Below, piece by piece: positions 1 to 11,536 of a stretch of 64,000 nt of DNA (the stretch's first letter is position 1; the number at the start of each line of letters is the position of its first letter). The position numbers were made by a program, and so were the translations under genes. This DNA comes from a virus (Duplodnaviria > Caudoviricetes), in IMG/VR virus record IMGVR_UViG_3300010011_000004, positions 1 through 64,000 of that record; one strand, written 5' to 3'. The notes under the pieces were generated by a model that was not told where the DNA came from, searched no databases, and saw only the letters and a program-made list of their open reading frames with translations.

Positions 1-648
1 GAGATCTCCCTTTGCTGTATATGTCGATATATCTATAAAATCTACTGCATGTTTTCCATCAACCATATCAGCATTTAAATTTATAACTGCGGTAGTTGAT
101 GATACTGCTAAAGGAGCTGTACCTGTAGTAGCTGTAGATACTAATTTAGTAGCGTAAAAATATCCATCATAATTTAATCTAGTTGTATTACTTGGAGCAG
201 TTGATCCAGCGTATAAATAACCATTAGATTTAGTTGTACCTGAAATTTTTAGATTACCAGTTATATCACCTCCTGTTAATTTTAAATATATGCTATCATG
301 ATTATGATCGGTAGTAGATATTCCAGCTCCAGCTAGTGTGCTATTAACCCATTTTCCTGTTTGAAAGTTATATGTTAATATATCATTATTCAGAGCATTT
401 ATTATATCGACATCTGATAAATCATTAATACTATGTAAAAATACATCATAATATTCTGGTGGTTTACCACTTAGTGTAGCCGCATCTAATACTGACGGAT
501 CTGGATAACCTGTTATACTTAAACTTGGATAATTATCTGCTATTATTTCTAAACTTGCTGAATTACATATTTGTGATAATAAATTTTCTAGATCTGCAAC
601 TACATTCATTAAAGGAACGTCTTTGATAATTTCAATAGATAAAGACAC
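1..648 (-). CDS. Tail fibre protein, N-terminal part (runs off the window start)
   Basis: Not in the ORF track; translated by hand from GTG at 648 (RBS GGTGAT), open to position 1. Contains DAATLSGK, DHNHD, TRLNYDGYFYAT and TAPLAVSSTTAVINLNADMVDGKHA, typical tail-fibre motifs. Confidence 0.8.
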   Translation of the reverse strand, partial: MSLSIEIIKDVPLMNVVADLENLLSQICNSASLEIIADNYPSLSITGYPDPSVLDAATLSGKPPEYYDVFLHSINDLSDVDIINALNNDILTYNFQTGKWVNSTLAGAGISTTDHNHDSIYLKLTGGDITGNLKISGTTKSNGYLYAGSTAPSNTTRLNYDGYFYATKLVSTATTGTAPLAVSSTTAVINLNADMVDGKHAVDFIDISTYTAKGDL

Positions 649-811
649 TATTTATCACCAACTTCTAATTTACTTATTTTATCTTCCAATTCTTTTAGTT
701 TTAAATTAAGTTTTTTGATATCGTTACTTAATTTATATAAAGCTATATCACTCTCTTCTCTTACATATTTTATTACTCCTGTATTTGGATCTTTAATTTT
801 TTTCATGATCG

Positions 812-2689
812 TTATCCTAAAGAATCCTCCGATATTATCAATGATATGTTCTTTAATATCGGCGTGAATTCTCCAGCTGAATCTCCTTTCATGTTAAATC
901 TTATTTTTATTGTTTCTGGATCGACAGGAAAGACTATCCTTTCGCCACCAGTTACATCTGATGACGTTAATAACTTCTTGATAATCCAGTGATCGTAGTA
1001 GACCCCAAGATCATATCCAGCAGATGTATATGTAGCTACTGGTATACTGAACGATTTGTCGATCAACGGCTCATAATTTTCAAGAGTTGTATTAGTTGTT
1101 GTATTATAATTGTATAGATTGGTATCAACAGTAACTAATCCGCAGTAGACATTTGGATAGCTCATCATATATGTATGAATAGATTGAATATCGTCATAAC
1201 TTAAAGCTCTTTTATATACACGCCAATCATCAATATATCCGACAAAACAGGTGTTGTTTCCAGGATTGATAGAAGTGCCTCCTATAAACGGTACTCCAGG
1301 ATTAAATGAATCTGGATTATCAGATGAATACTTTGGAATATCAGTCTCTATAGTGATAAATGAATATCCATTAGCAGTAAAGTTAAATATCATTGAATTA
1401 TTCTGTCCAACACGCCAAGTTAATCCAATTCTGTCGTAATTGTTCTTTGAAAGACTCGGTATTCTGAAATCTTCTGGGCTGGTCAATTGTATATTGCCAT
1501 AGCCAAAATACGGTTTGTTAGTGATCCTGCCTATCTTCATCCATAATCCATTTGCTGATCCAAAGATATATGGATCAATACCGGCTGAAGAAGAATCGGA
1601 ATTAAACCCATTGAACGATATATAAAAATGTATAGAACCTTCATCAGCTACAGCCGCTAGGTCATAACCTAATGTTAAAAATCCATTTCCTGATAAATTT
1701 AACGCAGTACTCAAAACCTTCCAGCTAGATGAATAGCTGACTACACCAGCAGCTATGGCAGGATTTGATACACCGACTAGATCAATCGGCTGTTGTTTGT
1801 CAAAATTGATATACTGCACTAAATCTGGGTCTAATTCTGGACGAGAATATACTCTAGATGGCAATTCTCCATATATCCCACCGTCATATAAAGCAAGATA
1901 TACCGGTAAATTACCACCTGAAGGATTTGTATGGCTAGCCGGTGAAGTATTCAAAATACCTCTGGTTAAACCAGTTAACTCCCACTTATTGAGAGTTGAA
2001 TTCCAACTACAATCAGAATATCTAATATATTCATTTTCAATCTTAACAATACCTGTCTTTGGCAGTGGATATTTATTAGCTAAAACGATATTAGTGCTGC
2101 CTGCAGTGATATTACTATCTAGTAGTTGGACGAAATTAGTAACGAGATATAATTCAAGATTAATAACTCCGCCATTATCTTTACCACAATAGATACACAA
2201 TCCACGTGTAAAAGGTGGATAATTAACATATAATTTAACTTTAGATTTAGTTGTTATATCAATAGGAATTAATCTAGATATAGGTTGCTCATTAACTGAA
2301 TCCCCAGTAACATAATAATTGTTCTCTGGATTAATGCTCAACATACCAGGTGAGTCGTGGTTTAAACAACCTACAGCGAAGTAATATGTTCCTGGGTCTA
2401 GACCATTAGTTGGATCAGCTTCAACCTCATAATCGTCAATACTAGGTATGCACATAGGTGTAAAACCAAATGATATATCAACCTGTTTAAAACCATTATC
2501 TTTGGACGATATATTACCACCATATACCTGCTCATTATTCCTTAATTTTGTTGCTAAATCTCCTAAATCCATCCAGCTATAACCTCTATCGAAGCTAATG
2601 GCTGGAGATAAACAATCATTACCTAGAGCAGCTGGAATCTGCTCATCCCATATTAATCTTCCTTTTTTAAAGAATACATTAAATGCCAT
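812..2689 (-). CDS. Virion structural protein with LamG/concanavalin-A-like domain (baseplate/tail associated)
   Basis: 625 aa; C-terminal GYIDDWRVYKRALS LamG-type motif and a VKIENEYIRY...LTRG structural motif; lies in the baseplate cluster. Confidence 0.65.
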   Translation of the reverse strand: MAFNVFFKKGRLIWDEQIPAALGNDCLSPAISFDRGYSWMDLGDLATKLRNNEQVYGGNISSKDNGFKQVDISFGFTPMCIPSIDDYEVEADPTNGLDPGTYYFAVGCLNHDSPGMLSINPENNYYVTGDSVNEQPISRLIPIDITTKSKVKLYVNYPPFTRGLCIYCGKDNGGVINLELYLVTNFVQLLDSNITAGSTNIVLANKYPLPKTGIVKIENEYIRYSDCSWNSTLNKWELTGLTRGILNTSPASHTNPSGGNLPVYLALYDGGIYGELPSRVYSRPELDPDLVQYINFDKQQPIDLVGVSNPAIAAGVVSYSSSWKVLSTALNLSGNGFLTLGYDLAAVADEGSIHFYISFNGFNSDSSSAGIDPYIFGSANGLWMKIGRITNKPYFGYGNIQLTSPEDFRIPSLSKNNYDRIGLTWRVGQNNSMIFNFTANGYSFITIETDIPKYSSDNPDSFNPGVPFIGGTSINPGNNTCFVGYIDDWRVYKRALSYDDIQSIHTYMMSYPNVYCGLVTVDTNLYNYNTTTNTTLENYEPLIDKSFSIPVATYTSAGYDLGVYYDHWIIKKLLTSSDVTGGERIVFPVDPETIKIRFNMKGDSAGEFTPILKNISLIISEDSLG

Positions 2690-2700
2690 AATTATAACCT

Positions 2701-5700
2701 CTATTCTATATTCAACGGTATCATAATATATGACCCGACTGGTTTATATTTACCGATGAAAGCTTCGAACGTTTTAGCATTAGCCATTGGAGTTAATTTT
2801 GAATTAGTAGAAGATAAAATCGCTCTAATATATAACTTCATATCACCACTTAAATTTAATACGTACATTTCTTCAATACTTAATTTTTTCCAAGAAACTG
2901 TTGTTGGATCAAATACATCAGGAGCGATCGATGTAACGCAATATTCATAAGTTATATCTGTACCTTCTAATATTACATCTCCTATACTAATATTCATGGA
3001 TCCGAACGTCGCTGAGTTATTTGGTGCTTTTTCATTAACATAATATATATAATATATCTTCTTGTTGTTTATATCATAATCTGCTCGATATAAAGAATAG
3101 GTTATGTCTGAATCTTGAATAGGTGTCCAAGTTTCATTATTTGAAGATGTAAACATAACTCCACTTGGATGCGGTTGATAAATGACCGGAGTATTAGTAA
3201 TTAAATCTCTATTACCCATTTTAGCATAATATATGCGATATCCATCTCTATTACAACCGACTGTAAAAGCATAATATTTCTTGGCTTCGCAATATATAGG
3301 ATAATCAAAATTTATATGCGTTGCCGGAAATGGTGATCCAACAGTAGGAGTATTAATATCATCAAAAGCTAATTCTTTATAATATAATATTTTTCCAGTT
3401 GGAAATCCATTTACCATTTCCCTAACATTTATCCATACCTTAGCATCTGGGTCTAATGATTTAGTAGAAAAATATAAATCTATACCGTCTATAAATTGAT
3501 CTTCATCAAATACAAATGATTGGGCAACTGGGTCAGATGACACATGTATATATCGAGTTTCAGTTGCTTCAACATATATAGTTTCAGTAACACGTTCGAC
3601 TTTTCTCATATAAACTTCTGTTACCCAATTTCTAGTATATGACTCTCCAACAAAGTCATCTTGAGCACTAAAATATTTATCTGGATTTAAATCTTTTGGT
3701 AATACCGTTTCAGCTGTTATTGTATGAGTTCCAACCGGAGTATTTTTTGGAATTTTAATCTCAACATTAAAATTTCCATCACTATCAGTTATAATAGTAG
3801 TACCTATTCCTTCGAAAGTGCTCAAATATTCAACTTTAGTTATAGGTTCTCTTTCATTAACATATTTAACAATTTGTTTTTCAGTTTCTGACAATGATGA
3901 TATATAATCATTAATCCAAGGTGTGCGTCTAATCCATTTTAACCACGATGGAATGGAAGATAATAACTCACTGGTATCATTTCCAAAACCATTTTTTTGA
4001 TAAAACCACTGTTTATTAATATTATCATAATAAAGAGCAAATGATTTAGTAGAATTTTTATATTTTGGTGGACTAAACTTCCAATATTTTCCGTTATTCC
4101 AATTACTTAACTCCCATTGCCAGACATTTGGCCGCCATATAATCCCATTATATTTAAAATTGAAGTTTGTAATATCAACGTCGTCCAAATCTGTAAAAAT
4201 TGGATCTGTAAATTCTGGAGTAATTATTTTATTATCTAAATATAATCTTATTTCAGTATTAGACGGAAAATCTTTTCCAGCAATTCTTAAAACAGACCCC
4301 GGATGAATATATGGATTTGGTATTAATTCTACAGCATTTTGTTTGGTTAAAACAACTTCAGTTCCAACTATTTCAGACACAGTAGATCTACTTTTTATAT
4401 TAGTGGTAGTCTCTACTCTAGATCGACCGGTTGTTCTTCTTGTCACAGTCTGCCATTTAGTAGTAGTTATAGTTGAGTATATTATTCTATTAGGTAGCCA
4501 TATAACTTTAGTCGTCCAAGTATCATCGACGTGAGTCAAAACTTTAGGATCACAAACTATCTTAGGAATTAATCCTTTATAATAATAAGGCATAACGTCA
4601 ATACTGTGAGTAATATATGGTTGATAATCTGTTATAACACTGTCATTCTTATCTAATTCCATGTACGGATTATTGATAACTTCTCCTGTTGAATTTCTTA
4701 ACTTTATTTGATCATAACCAATTTGATCGATGATCATCGGTAGCGTAATTTGAGATCTGAATAAATCTACAGTAGCATCAAAACTATGATCAGTTAAATC
4801 AATGTTATTATAATCAACTATAGCATCAGCAAATATATTCTTCAACTTATATAAATCATCTTGTTCTAGATGCTTATTTTGAGTTGCTGTTTCAAGTTCT
4901 GACATAGCAAAATTATATTCAAAATCAGCCATTTTCTTCTTCATTGAATTTAATTGCGCAACTGGAACTCTATAAATATTAAAACTAGACACTGAGAATT
5001 CAGTTGGTGATTTACCTGGTTCAACTAAGATATAAGCTAGTGGCAAACTACCTAAAGGTACGGTAGGTTGTTTAATCAAATCGATTTCGTCTGGAATTCC
5101 ATTTTTAACAAGCAGCATTCCGTCTTCAGACATATATACTAAATCTGATCTTGATAAATACCAAGTATAAGCAACTGAAAATGTTTGTATATCATTACGT
5201 ATATTAGCGCTAGCAGGTAGAAAATTGATTAATGTCCCTGACGAATCTTTAGTTAGACTATAATCTGAATTCTCGGTTAATTTAATAGTGTAATCAACAT
5301 TAACTGTATAACTGCTTGGAGTAGGTGTTAACCAATTGATTGTGGTATTACCACCTATGATTTCATAATCAGTTCCGATAACATAACCATTAACAATGAT
5401 CGAATTTATCGTTATATTATCTATTGCTATCCCGTATAATTCACCTAATCTGATTAATACATTATTCTGGCTAGAAGTCATTGGTACATCCTGAATTTTA
5501 GTAAAAGCTGTAACAGTTTGAATTGAATGTACATAACGATGGTTTAGCATATAAGATAGTGTATTTGGAATAAATGTTTTAGTTTCAGGCACAAATAAAT
5601 TATTATCTGTTGCCAATGCTAAGTCTTGCAGTATATATGTATCTTTATCGTATGTATAATCATATCCTTTAACATATGCTCTTCCTTTTGTTATTTTAAC

Positions 5701-6393
5701 ATTATATTTAAGACTAGGATAATCGCTAGTTGTAGCTGATACTTCTAATCCTCGAGCGATAAAATCCCCAGATGCATCATAAGCGCGCTCAGCCATTTGA
5801 TCATATATTTTACCGAACACGGGTTTTGGTTTAATCGGACCAACTATGTTTCTATTTAATAACCTAATTATAGCGATAATATTTCTGTTATTTACCCCAG
5901 ATCTTTCAAATTCCGCGACTGTCTTGATCAGCGGATATGCTTCATATTTTAATCGATGACCGCCTCTATTACCAGTATTTTCTATATTCTCAGCTGGGTC
6001 ATAAAGTGATGGATCATCAGCTTCTGTATATACATTCTGCTTTATTTCCAAACATACATATGCTGGATCAGTCGGTACTTGGCTATACGCCCATTCTGTC
6101 CTAGGAACTTTGATCAACAAGCCGTTGAAATATACTTCTCCAGCTTCTAGCGTACAGATACCTGCATCAACATTATTAGTGAAATTACATCCAGAAACTA
6201 CCGATCCGTCGTCAATGATCAAATCAGTTATTTTTCTTATATTTCCTTGGATTAATCCTTGTGCTACATTCAATTCTCTATTTTGTAGCACTTGACCCTC
6301 AACAGCTAAGTACTTTGAATAACCACGAGCTAATTCCTGCTCTGTTGTATCATAATATGGTGCTACATTTAGATTTTCTATCGGTAAAGGCAT
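2701..6393 (-). CDS. Large baseplate/tail protein (DUF4815-like)
   Basis: 1230 aa; N-terminal NVAPYYD...QNRELN, GRAYVKGY, DPVAQSF, IDLYF and YRADY motifs seen in large-myovirus baseplate proteins. Confidence 0.7.
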   Translation of the reverse strand: MPLPIENLNVAPYYDTTEQELARGYSKYLAVEGQVLQNRELNVAQGLIQGNIRKITDLIIDDGSVVSGCNFTNNVDAGICTLEAGEVYFNGLLIKVPRTEWAYSQVPTDPAYVCLEIKQNVYTEADDPSLYDPAENIENTGNRGGHRLKYEAYPLIKTVAEFERSGVNNRNIIAIIRLLNRNIVGPIKPKPVFGKIYDQMAERAYDASGDFIARGLEVSATTSDYPSLKYNVKITKGRAYVKGYDYTYDKDTYILQDLALATDNNLFVPETKTFIPNTLSYMLNHRYVHSIQTVTAFTKIQDVPMTSSQNNVLIRLGELYGIAIDNITINSIIVNGYVIGTDYEIIGGNTTINWLTPTPSSYTVNVDYTIKLTENSDYSLTKDSSGTLINFLPASANIRNDIQTFSVAYTWYLSRSDLVYMSEDGMLLVKNGIPDEIDLIKQPTVPLGSLPLAYILVEPGKSPTEFSVSSFNIYRVPVAQLNSMKKKMADFEYNFAMSELETATQNKHLEQDDLYKLKNIFADAIVDYNNIDLTDHSFDATVDLFRSQITLPMIIDQIGYDQIKLRNSTGEVINNPYMELDKNDSVITDYQPYITHSIDVMPYYYKGLIPKIVCDPKVLTHVDDTWTTKVIWLPNRIIYSTITTTKWQTVTRRTTGRSRVETTTNIKSRSTVSEIVGTEVVLTKQNAVELIPNPYIHPGSVLRIAGKDFPSNTEIRLYLDNKIITPEFTDPIFTDLDDVDITNFNFKYNGIIWRPNVWQWELSNWNNGKYWKFSPPKYKNSTKSFALYYDNINKQWFYQKNGFGNDTSELLSSIPSWLKWIRRTPWINDYISSLSETEKQIVKYVNEREPITKVEYLSTFEGIGTTIITDSDGNFNVEIKIPKNTPVGTHTITAETVLPKDLNPDKYFSAQDDFVGESYTRNWVTEVYMRKVERVTETIYVEATETRYIHVSSDPVAQSFVFDEDQFIDGIDLYFSTKSLDPDAKVWINVREMVNGFPTGKILYYKELAFDDINTPTVGSPFPATHINFDYPIYCEAKKYYAFTVGCNRDGYRIYYAKMGNRDLITNTPVIYQPHPSGVMFTSSNNETWTPIQDSDITYSLYRADYDINNKKIYYIYYVNEKAPNNSATFGSMNISIGDVILEGTDITYEYCVTSIAPDVFDPTTVSWKKLSIEEMYVLNLSGDMKLYIRAILSSTNSKLTPMANAKTFEAFIGKYKPVGSYIMIPLNIE

Positions 6394-6413
6394 ATTCTAT
6401 CACATCAACTTTC

Positions 6414-7058
6414 TTAAAATTCTAATACCCAGGCGAAATATTCCAATAAATCACCTGATCTGGTCACTAGTGATGGTTTATTCTGATATAACTCTAATAT
6501 ACCATCATATTTATAATTTGATGGATCTGTACCGGTTTTTGATATCTCAGCCGGTGTGAAGAAGTCTTTAGTATAATCATCAACAATTATTTTTAGATTA
6601 CTGTATAATCCAACTTGTTTATATGAAGCCGTATCAGCTTCGCCTGCCCCAAACACCACATCAATATATATCCACCTTGAATGTTGCTCTAATACATTAA
6701 GATATCTTGACATCCAGACATCCGGATCATATGGTTCAACTAAAGATACTTTTGTCCACGCCACTCCACCGACATTTAACGATCCAGATGCACTTGGTAC
6801 TACAAAATACATCTCTCTATATCTCTTAAAACCTTTAACATATGTTAATTGGGTAGTAGATAATGAAGGTAAAGGAGCTCCACCCACCCAATCTGTTTCA
6901 TCGCCAGGTCCGCCAGCTATGCATATCATTAAACCGGTCTGCTGTGTTTTATCTTCATTAGCTTCAAAAAACTCTATAGCTTTTTTAGTTCTGGCGACAT
7001 AAGGTGATATAGCTGTAGTTGCTGCATTTGCATTTAATGGCATTATATATTCCTCCAA
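6414..7058 (-). CDS. Baseplate wedge protein (gp8-like)
   Basis: 214 aa; RWIYIDV...YKQVGLY motif and position downstream of the gp6/gp7-like genes. Confidence 0.55.
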   Translation of the reverse strand: MEEYIMPLNANAATTAISPYVARTKKAIEFFEANEDKTQQTGLMICIAGGPGDETDWVGGAPLPSLSTTQLTYVKGFKRYREMYFVVPSASGSLNVGGVAWTKVSLVEPYDPDVWMSRYLNVLEQHSRWIYIDVVFGAGEADTASYKQVGLYSNLKIIVDDYTKDFFTPAEISKTGTDPSNYKYDGILELYQNKPSLVTRSGDLLEYFAWVLEF

Positions 7059-7149
7059 AATTTTGATAGCTCTACATTATAAATTATAACTTTATGATTT
7101 TTTATATAATTAATTTTAAATTGAATAGAGCAATTATAATGTGTGATAT

Positions 7150-8385
7150 TTAAGACTCCATATTATTTGAATATGCTGCATAGTGAGTTGAATATCTCAA
7201 TAATGAATATTCTTCGTCACTATATATATTATCATTGAGTGTATAGTGCTTTATATCATTGAATGTTATATAATTATTTATAAAATTCCTAAAATGATCG
7301 CCATAAAAATCAAACATATGTCCCATCAAAACTGCTTCTACATACAACAATGTTAATGAATAATGTAAAGAATATACGAAATCATAATAATCTTCTATAA
7401 ATTCAAAATCATTTTTAATAATACCCGAGTCAGATATAAGCTTATTTCTAACAGTTTCACTTATTTTTGTATGGAGATTATAGTAGAGTCCATAATATGT
7501 TTCTACCAATATTTTCCAACCCGCAGGCTTGACCATTGACATTAATTCAAAAACTTGGTTACTTAAGTTATTGACTTTTAAAACTAATATTCCCCAAGAA
7601 TAATATTCTCTACTGCTCAAATGATATCTTTTCGAATTTCCAGAGCGTATACGTTCAAAAATTATTCCATTAGTTTCATCAGAAGATACACATATCCAAC
7701 CCTTATTGGCATTAATTCTACCAAATTTTACATAATATAAAGAACGCGATATTTTAGAACATGAATCAGAATCTTCTGCTTTTGACCATTCAGAATCACT
7801 TACAATATATACGCCGTTTTCTAACTTATTATTCTGATCTTTAACTAATACTCTATTACCTTTTTTAACCGTTACACCATCTATTATCTGTTCACCGATT
7901 AAATTTATATTTTCTGTAGTCGCGGCATCTACCGGTACTTTCCATTTAATATTACTGTAATATTCTTTATTTATCGGCTCACCAAAACCAGATTGATTAA
8001 GCATAAAAATGTCTTTATATGGTTCATATAATACAACTGTAGGATCTAGATGATAAAGATTAAAATTAAATGAAAATTTTGTGCCTTTTCTCTTATATAA
8101 TTCAATAATATTAGCTAATATATTCCTTTGTATTTCCGAATCAAGATTGTTATTCCAGTTATATCCTAAGAGATACCCTAAATAAGGAAGATATTCGTCT
8201 TTTATATCATATACAGAAGTAAATGTCAATATCTCTCTCACAGAATCAGCAGCTATATCAAATATTTCAGTATCTATAACATTTAGGAATTCCTCTAAAG
8301 TTTTAACTTGACCAGATACATTATTATCAGTCAATATATCTGAGTTTCTTGTATATTCTGGTAATATTTTATATAAAAATGACAT
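7150..8385 (-). CDS. Baseplate wedge protein (gp7 / P2 gpI-like)
   Basis: 411 aa; YLPYLGYLLG...IELYKRKGT and VKPAG motifs; follows gp6. Confidence 0.7.
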   Translation of the reverse strand: MSFLYKILPEYTRNSDILTDNNVSGQVKTLEEFLNVIDTEIFDIAADSVREILTFTSVYDIKDEYLPYLGYLLGYNWNNNLDSEIQRNILANIIELYKRKGTKFSFNFNLYHLDPTVVLYEPYKDIFMLNQSGFGEPINKEYYSNIKWKVPVDAATTENINLIGEQIIDGVTVKKGNRVLVKDQNNKLENGVYIVSDSEWSKAEDSDSCSKISRSLYYVKFGRINANKGWICVSSDETNGIIFERIRSGNSKRYHLSSREYYSWGILVLKVNNLSNQVFELMSMVKPAGWKILVETYYGLYYNLHTKISETVRNKLISDSGIIKNDFEFIEDYYDFVYSLHYSLTLLYVEAVLMGHMFDFYGDHFRNFINNYITFNDIKHYTLNDNIYSDEEYSLLRYSTHYAAYSNNMES

Positions 8386-8401
8386 TTAAATTATCCTCAT
8401 A

Positions 8402-10756
8402 TTATATTATTGTTATTGAAATGACTCCAACATCTGAAATCTCATTAGGTAACAATTTGTACGTATCGCTTATATATTCAAATGTAGTAAGAGCATCTAA
8501 TTTTTTATTGGTCATTGGTGTTATTGCAGCTGTCTTTTTATTTATACTTTTAACATAATAAATAATATCAGAATCGGATATATCAATAACTTTTTTAATA
8601 ATATCTATATAATACTTGCTATTTGCTGGTAATTTTGCTCTTCCAGTAGCTGTCCATTCTATAATTTTACCACCACTTAACAGATTATAATCAATACCTT
8701 CAGTAAACACATTAAGATTATCAGTATATATTTGGTTAATTCTAGCTAAATAATCATCGTTCATAATTGAATTCATATAATCTGATACTCCGGCGCGCCT
8801 TGTCATTACAACAGTATCTGGAACAAATGATATCATCGACGATTTGATTAGCTCAGCACCTTTGTCAAATCTAGGATAATCATTAAAATAAAAAACATCG
8901 GATCCCGGTGGTAATGTTGCAACTAAAGTTGGAGTGTATTTTTTGCTTAAGATTATAATTTTAGTATTTGCTGGGATATCTCGATCAATAGGCTCATTTA
9001 AATATAATTTATTACCTATTCTAAATAATACTTTATAACGTTTATTAGGCGAATCAGCAAAATATATCGTTATATTTGAAAAATTTAATAATGAATAATT
9101 TATCTGACCACCAGTTATTGAACTGTCTAAACTAAAAGAGATCTCCTTTTCTCCGTATTGATGATTTACAGCAGTAATTAATACTGGATATATTAAGCTA
9201 CCAACACCAATATTCATTTCTGATCTAATTGTATCTGCTATCGTAATTTCGCTCAGTGAATCATTGATATCTATTACTTTTGTTGACAATACTAAATTCG
9301 AATCTAAATCTAGAATATTTATCTCAGCTCCAATACGCAACATATTAATACTATCAAAATATTTAATAGTATTACTACCATCGGCCGGTGCTTCTGTAAC
9401 ATATATAGAGCGATTTTCTTCTAATGTTAAGTTATTGATATTTGTAATACCAGGAATCTCTGATATTAGTCTATATAATTCAAGCTTAGAAACATCTTCG
9501 CCAAAATCTCTATTCTCCCATCCCAAATAATTATTAACAATCTCTCGTATTTTATTAGAAATAACAGAAGATGACATATTCTGTTGTATACTAACTGACA
9601 CTTTAACGTCAAACGTTATATAACTTGGATCAATTATATCTACTTGTGTAGCGACTATTTTCTTCTCTTCTAAGAAATTTTTAACATATTGTTTAAATGA
9701 ATCCGTAGGATATCTCTGATTTTCAGGAATAACAGCTATTTTAACACCAAATATACCGATTTCGTCCATGAGTGAATGGTCAATAACAGAAACTTTTTTT
9801 ACTCCTGGTAGTGTATAAGTTAAATCCTCGTAATCTTGTCTAGTAACACATCTTTTTTGAGTTCTGTATATGCTAGAAGCATTTCTTTTAACTTCAGCTA
9901 GTGATTCTCCGTCTGAAGCTCCATTAGCACTTTGTTCATTTACAACTTTAATATTATTGATAATATTATTTTCTGCATCATATATTAGATCTGATATATT
10001 TGTTATTTGGAATGGCATAACATTATGGCTAGAATCAGCACCAACTACATATAATACGTCGATAATTAAGTTTTTACCAGGATTAACACCGTAATTTCCA
10101 TCGCCGAATGATATATAACCGTAAAAATTGTCATCGTGTTCGAGCATAAAATATTTATCTTGTCCAGGAACATCGATAAAATCTATTTCCTTATATAATT
10201 CATCATTTATAGATACATATTCCACTGAATTGACTGGAAATTGTCTTAATTTATATCTATCTCTTGGAATTCCACTTGATATTAATGATTCTTCAACTAA
10301 TGTACCTGATTTTGCTTCAACTTCAACAAACGTTTCTCCAACGTATAAAACCTTATTTTCTGTTGTATAAAATGGAATTCCTGAACTAGAGCTAAGTTTA
10401 GTATATTTAGGAATAATTATATTTTTATTATACGGAGTATCTAAATAAAATTTCAGTTTAACTATTGCTTGTGATGGAGGTTTAGGATTATACCCTATAG
10501 TTTTAGCTAAAGAGTATACTCCGGTCTTAGTCTTAGCCGTAGGTAAAAAGCACTCGTTGATACTTGAATTGATGTAATAATTCATTAATGTCGCTTCGTA
10601 TGCAAATGCTTCCAATAATTCAACTCCAAAATTGCTGGCTAAAAAATCCGTCCATCTATTAGGCAATCTAGACTGAACTCTATTCTTTAGAAGTTGCATA
10701 ATTTCTTCAAAATCAATAGGTAATCTTTCAATATCTGTTAAATTTAAATCAGCCAT
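8402..10756 (-). CDS. gp6: Baseplate wedge subunit gp6 / baseplate J-like
   Basis: 784 aa; DFLASNFGVELLE, SLAKTIGY, FGDG, QKRCVTRQDYE motifs. Confidence 0.88.
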   Translation of the reverse strand: MADLNLTDIERLPIDFEEIMQLLKNRVQSRLPNRWTDFLASNFGVELLEAFAYEATLMNYYINSSINECFLPTAKTKTGVYSLAKTIGYNPKPPSQAIVKLKFYLDTPYNKNIIIPKYTKLSSSSGIPFYTTENKVLYVGETFVEVEAKSGTLVEESLISSGIPRDRYKLRQFPVNSVEYVSINDELYKEIDFIDVPGQDKYFMLEHDDNFYGYISFGDGNYGVNPGKNLIIDVLYVVGADSSHNVMPFQITNISDLIYDAENNIINNIKVVNEQSANGASDGESLAEVKRNASSIYRTQKRCVTRQDYEDLTYTLPGVKKVSVIDHSLMDEIGIFGVKIAVIPENQRYPTDSFKQYVKNFLEEKKIVATQVDIIDPSYITFDVKVSVSIQQNMSSSVISNKIREIVNNYLGWENRDFGEDVSKLELYRLISEIPGITNINNLTLEENRSIYVTEAPADGSNTIKYFDSINMLRIGAEINILDLDSNLVLSTKVIDINDSLSEITIADTIRSEMNIGVGSLIYPVLITAVNHQYGEKEISFSLDSSITGGQINYSLLNFSNITIYFADSPNKRYKVLFRIGNKLYLNEPIDRDIPANTKIIILSKKYTPTLVATLPPGSDVFYFNDYPRFDKGAELIKSSMISFVPDTVVMTRRAGVSDYMNSIMNDDYLARINQIYTDNLNVFTEGIDYNLLSGGKIIEWTATGRAKLPANSKYYIDIIKKVIDISDSDIIYYVKSINKKTAAITPMTNKKLDALTTFEYISDTYKLLPNEISDVGVISITII

Positions 10757-10769
10757 TTAAATTTTTCTC

Positions 10770-11192
10770 CTAACCTTTAATATAAAAATCAAACGTTTCT
10801 TCAATTCCGCTTTTCTTATAGTAAAATGATATTTGTATAGCGATAACGTGATTATCATAATCTATATTAAAATCTACATTTTTAACTGCTACGCGAGGTT
10901 CTTGAATATTGATAATATCGTATATTTCTGATTTTAAATCTTGTATTATAATTTCATCTAAAGGCTCAAATAGCATCCTCTTAAGACTGTTGCCAAACTC
11001 AGGTTGCATAACGCGTTCGCCTTTAGAAGTACCTAGTATTCTCTGAATCGAGGCTCTGATTAGATTTCTGTGGTCATTTACTTCCATTAGCCCTGGAGCA
11101 TACATATCTGCGCTAATATATATAGGTACCGGTCCACTATAACCAGCAGCATCTTTATCTTTCGGATATGTATATTCATATTTATAAGACAT
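10770..11192 (-). CDS. gp25: Baseplate wedge / sheath-initiator gp25-like
   Basis: 140 aa; IQRILGTSKGERVMQPEFG...LFEP...EPRV is the gp25 signature. Confidence 0.92.
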   Translation of the reverse strand: MSYKYEYTYPKDKDAAGYSGPVPIYISADMYAPGLMEVNDHRNLIRASIQRILGTSKGERVMQPEFGNSLKRMLFEPLDEIIIQDLKSEIYDIINIQEPRVAVKNVDFNIDYDNHVIAIQISFYYKKSGIEETFDFYIKG

Positions 11193-11214
11193 TCATATCA
11201 CCTTAACATTAATT

Positions 11215-11532
11215 TTAATTCGCGAAGACGTTATCGCTGCCGGTAGTGTGCTGCCCTGGTTTTCCGCATTTAATACATTTAGTAGAATCAGCTATCCTCG
11301 TTAATCTTAAATCATTAACAAAAATATCTGGGCTGCCTTCAATTGATTCGAATGTACCGCTATGTGGACAATTAGTCGGACCAGTATCGGTTAATCGATG
11401 AGCTTTTAGATTGTTGATAAAGACATCATTACTGCCAGTGTTATTTGTACCTTTTCTGGAATGGGGACAACAATCTAAACCTAAATCACATACTCCTTCG
11501 GTACGATCAGTTACTCTTGTGACTTTAGCCAT
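11215..11532 (-). CDS. PAAR-like spike tip protein (gp5.4-like)
   Basis: 105 aa; Cys/His-rich with repeated GSNDVFIN, GSPDIFVN, GSDNVFAN; directly downstream of gp5. Confidence 0.88.
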   Translation of the reverse strand: MAKVTRVTDRTEGVCDLGLDCCPHSRKGTNNTGSNDVFINNLKAHRLTDTGPTNCPHSGTFESIEGSPDIFVNDLRLTRIADSTKCIKCGKPGQHTTGSDNVFAN

Positions 11533-11536
11533 TTTA